The position numbers and the translations under genes were made by a program. Below are positions 55,601-64,000 of a stretch of DNA of 64,000 nucleotides, in pieces. The notes below the pieces were generated by a model. The model had not been told where the DNA came from. It saw nothing but the letters and a program-made list of their open reading frames with translations, and made no database searches. Source of the stretch: Macrostomum lignano (lineage: Eukaryota); the NCBI GenBank assembly GCA_002269645.1, contig NIVC01002098.1, forward strand, positions 90,343 to 154,342. Direction: 5' to 3'. How positions within the stretch are numbered: position 1 is the first letter of the stretch; each line of letters begins with the position of its first letter.

Positions 55601-58544
55601 TCAGGACATCATCCAGGTAGCGGTGCTAACCAGCATCAGATTACTTGGCGGCGTGCCGCTAGCCGGCGCCAGAGCCACTACGCTGTCGTTAAGCACGTCG
55701 ACTACAACGCAGAATCCGTAGACAGGATAGTCGGCCAGCTGGTCGGACGAGGTCGCCTGGCTGACGCCCAGCAGCGCGTGCAGCAGGCTGCGATCCGGCA
55801 GCACCCGGACAGCGCGGCGCCAGTGCTCCTCTCGTTCGGACTTCTCGTGGCCAAGCGGCAGCAGCGACGAAGGCAGCGCCTGCACGCCCAGCCTATAGAA
55901 TTGAAACGCGCTAGTTGGCATGCTAATCCGGTGCGGACTGAGGCTCAGCAGCGGCCCTTTAAAGTATTCCGTCACTTTTCTGTCGCGCAATTCCTGTCGA
56001 ATCTCCTGGCCGCGGTCGGCTACGCCGCGCGACTTTGGCAGGGTGACAATTTTGACAAAGCTGGGCAAATCTCGCTTTAGATCGTTGTACAGCCGCTCCG
56101 ACTCGATCACGAATATTAAATCCACCTGAGGTATAATGCGAGCAGTTCTGATTGGAGTGCTACCCCGGCCCTTCTATCATTTATTCAGAGTGCTAATTCC
56201 TCAGTAACTCATTGGGAGTGCTAGTCCCTCAGTCACCCATTGAGAGTGCTAATCCCTCAGGCACCCATTGGGAGTGCTAGTCCCTCAGTCACTCATTGAG
56301 AGTGCTAATCCCTCAGGCACCCATTGGGAGTGCTAATCTCTCAGTCACCCATTGGGAGTGCTAATCCCTCAGTCACCCATTGGGAGTGCTAATCTCTCAG
56401 TCACCCATTGGGAGTGCTAATCCCTCAGTCACCCATTGGGAGTGCTAGTCCCTCAGTCACCCATTGGGAGTGCTAGTCCCTCAGTCACCCATTGGGAGTG
56501 CTAATCCCTCAGTCACCCATTGGGAGTGCTAATCTCTCAGTCACCCATTGGGAGTGCTAATCCCTCAGTCACCCATTGGGAGTGCTAGTCCCTCAGTCAC
56601 CCATTGGGAGTGCTAGTCCCTCAGGCACCCATTGGGAGTGCTAATCTCTCAGTCACCCATTGGGAGTGCTAATCCCTCAGTCACCCATTGGGAGTGCTAA
56701 TCTCTCAGTCACCCATTGGGAGTGCTAATCCCTCAGTCACCCATTGGGAGTGCTAGTCCCTCAGTCACCCATTGGGAGTGCTAGTCCCTCAGTCACCCAT
56801 TGGGAGTGCTAATCCCTCAGTCACCCATTGGGAGTGCTAATCTCTCAGTCACCCATTGGGAGTGCTAATCCCTCAGTCACCCATTGGGAGTGCTAGTCCC
56901 TCAGTCACACATTGGGAGTGCTAATCCCTCAGTCACCCATTAGGAGTGTTACCCTCTCCGTTTAGATAGTCGTTAGAGGCTTGAACAAACCTCAAAAGCG
57001 CTGGCGCACTGTTTAATAGCATCGTATCCTTCGAGTTTAATCCAGCCGCATGTGTTTATTACCAAGCCGGCATAATTAGCATCCTGGTCGTATTCGCAGC
57101 GCTTATTAACGTACTCGGCTAGCCGGTTCATCATATAAAAGTACAAATTAATATTAGCCTGCGGATTCGTGTGGCCAAATTGGAATAGCACCGGGGCTTG
57201 CTCAGTCTCAAGGCCCTCCTCGATGTCGAACGGCTTGCGCACTGGCACGGCGCCCATTGTGCCGGGCACGCTGATCTGCGACTGGCCGACGTCGACGTCA
57301 ACGTAGATTGGCTTGGACTTCTCTCTGGATGGGCAACGGCGATTAGGAGAGAGATCTTCCGGATTGTTGCAGGTCTGGCCAATTCTTTATCCTCGAGTTG
57401 CACCATTTTTATGTCGATCTTTTCATCTATCGTGTCTATCTATTCGATTATTTGTCTGCTGTGTCTACCTCTCTGTCTATCAGTCTACTATGCCTACCTC
57501 TATATGCCTCTCAGTCTACTGTGTCTACCTCTCTATGCCTCCCAGTCTACTGTCTACCTCTCTATGCCTCCCAGTCTACTGTGTCTACCTCTCTATGCCT
57601 CCCAGTCTACTGTGTCTACCTCTCTATGCCTCTCAGTCTACTGTGTCTACCTCTCTATGCCTCCCAGTCTACTGTGTCTACCTCTCTATGCCTCTCAGTC
57701 TGCTGTGTCTACCTCTCTATGCCTCTCAGTCTACTGTATCTACCTCTCTAGCCTCTCAGTCTACTGTATCTACCTCTCTATGCCTCTCAGTCTACTGTAT
57801 CTACCTTTTTGTCTTTCAGTCTACTGCCTACTTTTCTATATCTCTCAGTCTACTGTCTACCTCTCTAAGTTCCTAAGTCTACTGTGTCTATTTGCCTATG
57901 CCTCTCAGTCTACCGTGTCTACCTTCACTGCAGACTGCAGACATAATGTTTACTGATTACTTAGACTTAGACCCGAAGAATCCCAATAATCATAAAATGA
58001 TTGATAGTTTATCCACAGTGAAATTCAGGATGCCAAAATGAAATTTGATGTGTCATGATATGAACCTAGACGGCAACAAGAAATAGAAGCACTACCTAGT
58101 AGCCCAGGACACCAATTGTCGACAAAGCGACGTCTTGCCGGCATCCTTCGGTCCGCAGACGAGAACCCGCGGCCCGCGCCGTCTCGCCTCCTGTGCCTGA
58201 CGGCGCAGCTGCTGCAGGGCGGCGTGACAGTTGACGTACACGGTGACAGCGTGGGTGTCCTTAGAAGTATAACGGGACTCCGTCTCGCCCCAGACCTTCA
58301 GTTCGCAGCCGCTGAAGGTGAACACGGCCGCCTTGGACCCGGCGGGGAAATGGTAGCGCCTCTGGCGCACAAGCTCGGTGCCGAACACTTCGGCTTTGCC
58401 TTCGACCAGCTTCACCCAGAAGCTGGACGTGCTGAGCGCTTCGAAACGGAGCTCGCAGAAATCATCCAGCTGGACGGTCTGGCCGCCCTCCGGCTCGGGC
58501 TCGACTTCAGGGACCTCCTCTGCGTCGGCGGCCGTGTCAGTCAT
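55601..58544 (-). CDS. CLP1: Polyribonucleotide 5'-hydroxyl kinase Clp1; exons 58096-58544, 56991-57324, 55601-56125
   Basis: ELRFE, GKAEVFGTEL, P-loop GPKDAGKT, YVDVDVGQ, PG, INTCGW, lid R..RD.KV.EYF; junction phases consistent (2,0). Confidence 0.93.
56180..56945. repeat. 28-bp intronic minisatellite gggagtgctaRtcYctcagtcacccatt
   Basis: Period 28. Confidence 0.95.
57450..57925. repeat. 31-bp intronic repeat tctactgtgtctacctctctatgcctcYcag
   Basis: Period 31. Confidence 0.9.
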
Positions 58545-58899
58545 TGTTAACTTGCAGAATAACAATGATAAGTCACGCTGATTGTTCACATAAGTAATTG
58601 CTGTAGATTAGGTATATTAGCCTGAATTCGCATTGTCTGGGCTTCATTTTCAACATTCAGTCTTCTAGTCAGCAAAATTTGGTTAACTTCAAATTTGCCA
58701 ATAGCAGAAATCCAAATATCAGATTAATAAACTCATGGCTGATTCATGGAAAAATTCCTTTCAATTTAGCAACTTAATGCTGATTCTTTGATATTTATAT
58801 TATTCAAGCAACTTATCTTTTGTCAAGCTCACTGAACTAAGACCCTAAGCCAATACTTGTGAAAAGCATTTGGTTTCTAAAAAACATAATCAGAGAGTG

Positions 58900-59520
58900 A
58901 AATCTATTCTGGCTCATTGTGTTGTCTGTTTAAGGTGCAAGAATGGCCCCTATTCTATGAAGCTCATTGCTCCTTCTATGCTAGACTTTCACCTAAGATT
59001 TGGTCCATTCTAGACTATTAGACTAGACTACAGTGGTCCAATATACGAGCGTACTATTAGATAGGGAGGTATATAAAGCATTGTCATATTCACATGTTCT
59101 GCTATACAAATAGTCTACCTTGAGCTAGTCAATGGCATGACTGCTACTCAATTCATCAACGGCTTGCAAAATTTTGTATCAAGACATAGAGTAACATAGC
59201 TAAATAGGGCCTAGCAACAATTCTAAGACCCCCAAATAAGCAGCTTGCATTTTTGAGGCCAGCACTAGTTTCTAGGTGGAATCATTTAACTTATAAAAGA
59301 GGAGTTACATATAAATTCATTTCCAAGAGAGCCCCATGGTGGAGAGGCTTTTTGGAATATACATCTTGATGATCAGCATTATAAAGGCCTGTCTGAAGAA
59401 AAGCATGGGCAAGAGACTTCTAAAATTTGATCAGCTACTTACAACCATCATAGAGATTGAAGCTATTGTTTATAGTCACCTACTAATGCATATCTATAGA
59501 TGATGAGAATTGTTGGCACC
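58900..59520 (+). pseudogene. Decayed BEL/Pao LTR-retrotransposon integrase
   Basis: Manual translation PF*TIRLDYSGP...IVIFTCSAIQIVYLELV...F...FVSRHR; KFISKRAPWWRGF; IKACLKK.MG...EIEAIVYSHLL versus Pao consensus PF...G.DYAGP, FTC..TRAVHLELV, RAPWWGGFWE, EIEA.LNSRPL; multiple stops. Confidence 0.8.
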
Positions 59521-60139
59521 ATTTCTTATATTGCTTATTGCAAGTCTTGAGTCTTATCTTATTTATTATAATCTAAAATTTCAAATTTTAGCTTTGTAAT
59601 ATTATACTTGGGTTAGGATAAGTCTAATGACTATAAGACACAAGCAATATAAAATTAAGAAAAGCCTATCTTATTATTACTGAAATGTCCAAAAATATTA
59701 CTGAGTTACTTTTAACTATTATCTATTCAATTTTTATTACTAAATAGTCTTAGATTTGTTAGTTTTATTATATATCAAGAAAATTTTATTTCTCAATTTG
59801 ATAAATTTATTGATAAGATTCAAATCATTCTTATACCTTTAATACCTATTTTTCCTTATCTCAAACTAATGATAACTTTAAGTTGTATAAGAAGTATTGT
59901 TTGGAAGATTAGATAAGGTATACACCAATCAAAATTGGTATACAAAGTAGATTTAAGGATGGTTTTGATATATATAAGTAGACTTGAAGATTGACCAACA
60001 TTGCTAATATGCAAATTGGCATATATTAATTTTAGACATACTTTACCACATGGTATAATATATATTTATGTAATGTTACAAATTTATTTTTTTGTTTGTT
60101 AATTTTTTTCTTATGGTTAAAAAATACTTGTTAATATAT

Positions 60140-60407
60140 CATACATGCGCAACCCCCCTGATTTACACTGGCCATGCGACTTACTTTTTGACCAAAAATG
60201 TGACCTACCTGGGAAAAAAACCCTAGAGCAACATTAACTCAATTTTGGGTAAACGGCAGGAGTAACTATGACTGTCTTATAAGGGCTAAATGCCTCCTCA
60301 TCTAATTAGTGCTATATCTGTATTCTTTGGGGTGGGCATTTTTGTGACTTACCCCTGGTCCACCACGATTTATAGTAGCCAGATCGGCCAGCAGTTGCGC
60401 ATGTATG
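60140..60407. mobile_element. MITE (268 bp), TIR CATACATGCGCAAC, 8-bp TSD taatatat; carries a 28S rRNA-derived 64-mer at 60247-60310
   Basis: taatatat|catacatgcgcaac ... gttgcgcatgtatg|taatatat. Confidence 0.9.
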
Positions 60408-60848
60408 TAATATATTAATATAAAAATTCTAACCTCTTAATACTAAAACTGGTGCAATGCTTGTCTGTATGTATGTTGTAACTGAACTCCTACAATTTAT
60501 TATATAAAAATAGAGTTCCACTATAGCTATAGATATATATGGGAAGTTATGGATACATTGCTTTTGGCTTCCAAGTTACAGATATAGATATAGTTATAGG
60601 AATAGGAATTTTACCAGATTTTTGCCACATCTTATATAAACCTAGTTTTTATAACTGACAAAAATTTTGGTACATTTACATGCATCTTTGTTTAATTAGC
60701 TATATCATACCTTGAAAATATCTAGAATCAATGTCATGATGCAAATATGCTTATAAGTTCAATGTTACAATAATAACTGTTTGAAACACAACTTGTCAAC
60801 AAATGTATTGTACTATACATTCATAATAAAATGTCAAATATGAGTGTA

Positions 60849-61764
60849 CAAGGTGTGGCCAAAAAGTAACGAGAATTACTGTTTAAATCTGAAAATACGA
60901 GCTTTTACTAAAATCAAACGATGTCTCCTTGAAGCTCAGCTTCTCAGTGTTTATAGAAATCAGTATTTTGCCAAAGTGTTTTGTTTTTCATAATTTTTTT
61001 TATTTTTAATTACAGCTGTCACACTGCTGTGTCACAAAATGAACAACGAGCAACAAGTCAACATCAAGTTTTTGGTGAAACTTGGCAAGAAGCCATCGGA
61101 ATGCCTCTAGCTGCTTCGTGAGGTGTACGGAGATGATGCTATGTCTCAGGCGAGGGTGTATGAGTGGCACAAGTGATTCTGGGATGGACGGGAGAGCGTC
61201 GATGACGATCAGAAGACTGGACAACCTTCAACTGCAAGAACTGATGAGAATGTGTCCAGGGTGCGAGATTTGGTTCATGCTGATCGACATCTTACCATCA
61301 GAATGATCGCTGCTGAGTTGGGCATGGCCAAGGAGTCAGTCAGAAACATTCTTGTCGAAGATCTTAGCATGAGGAAGCTGTGTGCGAAGATGGTGCCAAA
61401 GTTGCTCTCTCAAAGCACTCTCAGTGAGACAGTTTTTGGCCAAAAGACAGGTCGCAGAGTTGAGCCACCCACCTTATTCACCGGATATGGCGCCGAGCGA
61501 TTTCTGGCTCTTTCCCAAGGTGAAGCAGGTACTCAAAGGATCCAGATTTGAAGACTTGGACGCCATCAAGGAGTGTGTGACAAGGGTGCTGAGAGGCATC
61601 ACGAAGAGGACTACCAGGGCTGCATCAGGAGCTGGTACCAGCGATTGAGGCGATGCGTTGAGAGTGGCAGCAATTACTTTGAAGGCTGCAGTTGACTGAA
61701 TTTGCAATTTTTTGTTCTGAAAGTTTTTGTAGCTGAATTCTCGTTACTTTTTGGCCACACCTTG
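60849..61764 (+). mobile_element. Mariner (Tc1/mariner) element, 916 bp, internally deleted; transposase pseudogene 61039-61695
   Basis: Perfect 29-bp TIRs caaggtgtggccaaaaagtaacgagaatt flanked by TA. EQ.VNIKF, YEWHK*F, KMVPKLL (WVPHEL-like), HPPYSPDMAPSDFWLFP. Two in-frame stops, and the first two catalytic Asp regions are missing. Confidence 0.95.
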
Positions 61765-62168
61765 TATATATGTATAAGAGCGTATTAAGATAGCTATTTC
61801 TAATTATTGTGAATGGACATTGAATTGTATATGTACATATATATATTGTAGATTATAGCTATATAATATATGTAGGTAGATGCTTGCATAACTTAAATAC
61901 ATAATGGAAAAATATGTTTGAAGACATTGCATGGGATTGAGACATGCATGTCCCTGGTAAATATTAATTCCTTATATAAATTAGAGATTCAGATGTTTCA
62001 AAGACAAATACATCCAAACATATATAGTAACCTAGCTATGCGCCATAGTTTGGAAGGCAACATGTAGGCTTCTATGCTGGGATTTCCTGGTATATAACAA
62101 GGGTCTTACCATTTTGCAGTATACATTAAGATATATCTTGGCATATATGACACATACATTATGTCACA

Positions 62169-62340
62169 CATGCTTGGGCGCAACCTAGGGATTCACCTGG
62201 CCATTTCTATTGTCAACACACACATGTAAGTCGCTATTGGACGGAATAGTAGTCACGTGACTACTCTTAGCCAATAGCAACTTATATGTGTATGTTGCCA
62301 ATAGAAATGGCCAAGTGATTCCCAAGGTTGCGCATGTATG
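62169..62340. mobile_element. Fully palindromic 172-bp MITE of the CATACATGCGCAAC family, centred on gtcacgtgac
   Basis: Arms pair along ~80 bp; TSD atgtcaca/atgtcaaa (7/8). Confidence 0.8.
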
Positions 62341-62540
62341 ATGTCAAATGACAATTTTTTTATATTGGCCCCAGCATATATGAGTTCTTGTCATTTATTC
62401 TGGCATTAAAACTGGCATATACTAATATATGATCCAAACTATATGCTATATGTACTACCCCCAACCTTTTCACCGTTGCATCCATGGTGGCTACCAATGG
62501 CTATAAGACTAATTTCTTTAAGACTTATAAGCATCTAGCT

Positions 62541-62775
62541 CATACATGTGCAACAGTTGGCCAAGTCGGCCGATCTGGCTGACCGGTTAAGTAGCTGATG
62601 AGGCATTTTGACTTAATAAGACAGTTATAGTTACTCCTGCCATTTACCCAAAGTTGCGTTAATTTTGCATTAGGGTTTTTTACATGTAAGTCACATTTTT
62701 GGCCAAAAACTATATTGCATTTTTGTTAAAACTAAGTCGCATGGCCAACTGAATTTTGGAGGTTGCGCATGTATG
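62541..62775. mobile_element. MITE (235 bp), TIR CATACATG(C/T)GCAAC, 8-bp TSD atctagct; 28S-derived segment at 62586-62649 (minus)
   Basis: atctagct|catacatgtgcaac ... gttgcgcatgtatg|atctagct. Confidence 0.9.
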
Positions 62776-63227
62776 ATCTAGCTCTATTATTGACTCCTTA
62801 TATATAGCTTTTACCAGCTAGCCATCCTGTATATTTTTATGTATATGAACCTATATTGTGACCCTTTACTTTATTGATATATAAACAACTACATGTACAT
62901 ATTGCTAGAATTTACTAAAAACTGTTTACTTTTATAATTGTTTACTTTTTACAAGCTATTGACACTTTTGGATGCTTTGAAAGATAATCCTCTAGTATAA
63001 TAATATAATACGCATGATTGCTCTTACTAAAATTATCCCACTGCTGCAACCAGCTGTTGTCAAAGAGGTGTTCCTCTGTCTTTATGAATGATCCCACTAG
63101 TTAGCCACCAGCTGTTGTAGGGCTACTTTTCTAATTCCTATTATTAAGTTACTAAGTTGTGCTAGTATTAAACTTCTATTGATCTACTTAATGTACCTTT
63201 GCATGTACGTACTATTATCACTGGTAG

Positions 63228-63507
63228 CCCTGATTGCAGCGCATGGGCATTTTGGCGGACGGCGTCCGGCGCGGATCTAATATGGCGCGGCGCGGCGCGT
63301 ATGGCGCGCGGCGATTAGTACAGCGCGGCGCGGTACTAATTAGATGCCGAGGCATTTAGGCTTGATAAGACAGTCATAGTTACTCCTGCCGTTTACCCAA
63401 AACTGCGTTAATTTTGCTTTAGGGTTTCTTTCACAGGTAAGTCATTTCACAGCGTGGCGCAGGTTGTGTAGGCGTCTGGCGTACTTAAGCCATGCGCTGC
63501 AATAGGG
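63228..63507. mobile_element. MITE (280 bp) of a second TIR family (CCCT(G)ATTGCAGCGCATGG), 7-8-bp TSD ctggtag(c); 28S-derived segment at 63335-63398 (minus)
   Basis: ctggtag|ccctgattgcagcgcatgg ... ccatgcgctgcaataggg|ctggtag; still CpG-rich. Confidence 0.85.
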
Positions 63508-63514
63508 CTGGTAG

Positions 63515-63960
63515 CGTCTACTTATCTACTTCTATTGGTAATGTTCACTTATATTGGTAGCATCTACTTATCTACTTCTGTACTTTTAGCCTAAGTGGTC
63601 TATTGGCAACTGTCTAATTCTTAGTCTCTTCAGTCCTGGCATTCCTAGGATCAGAGGGTCACAGCTTTATGTGGTTTTCCCCGCCCTGAGGCAATCTTCT
63701 CTTGCTATGAAGCAGTCCTCCTACCCTGAGGCAAATTTACAATTATTGCCCTGAGGCAATTTCTTGCTTTTAGTGGTCTCGAACTCTCCCAATATAGGGG
63801 TTTTTACTTATAGAAAAGAATAAGTCACTTGAAAAATTTTCTTATTAAGTCTTAGCTATTGAAAGCTTTGCTGCGAGAGCACACAAACGAGTAAGTCTTC
63901 CTGGCCCATTTGGGGCTTCTATTTATACTAAGATTCGGTACAATTTTTACCAAAACTTAA
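63515..63960. repeat. Decayed dispersed repeat homologous to 6000-6450
   Basis: Colinear shared blocks, see the 6000-6450 entry. Confidence 0.8.
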
Positions 63961-64000
63961 TTGCGAGAATAAGTTGTATTTTTGTTGTATTTTCACAACT

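Noticed and set aside
60140-62775. One 2.6-kb element with ~250-bp TIRs
   Set aside because: Each end has its own TIR pair and its own 8-bp TSD, so these are separate MITE insertions in opposite orientation.
60247-63398. Functional rRNA gene
   Set aside because: Only 64 bp match, the helix-69 stem is disrupted, and no flanking rDNA is present; reported instead as a captured fragment.

Overview
Eukaryotic (animal) genomic DNA. GC-rich spliceosomal exons, CTAAC/CTAAT branch points and private 20-77 bp minisatellites in most long introns make it look like the flatworm Macrostomum lignano; the species is inferred from sequence style, not proven. Eight protein-coding genes are recognisable: a divergent SLC6/SNF transporter (-, runs off the left edge), a class VI POU homeobox gene (+), and six consecutive minus-strand genes (EEA1, a C2H2 zinc-finger gene, TRMT2B, TPCN2, FBXW9, CLP1). 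The right end (58.6-64 kb) is a transposon graveyard. It holds a decayed BEL/Pao integrase, an internally deleted Mariner with perfect TIRs, and four MITEs with 7-8 bp target-site duplications. The most unusual signal: three of those MITEs, from two different TIR families, carry the same 64-bp piece of 28S rRNA helix 69-71 (the R2/I-PpoI target), with most differences clustered at the cleavage site. Other notable points: possible spliced-leader-donated start codons in an operon-like cluster, C-to-T hypermutation of repeats at CpG and CpA, an in-frame 63-bp exonic repeat lengthening the EEA1 coiled coil, a 6.7-kb two-part 32-mer array, a likely GC-AG intron, and a frameshift in the POU6 gene. 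Exon boundaries were read by eye, repeat boundaries are approximate, and homologue sequences are recalled from memory rather than searched.
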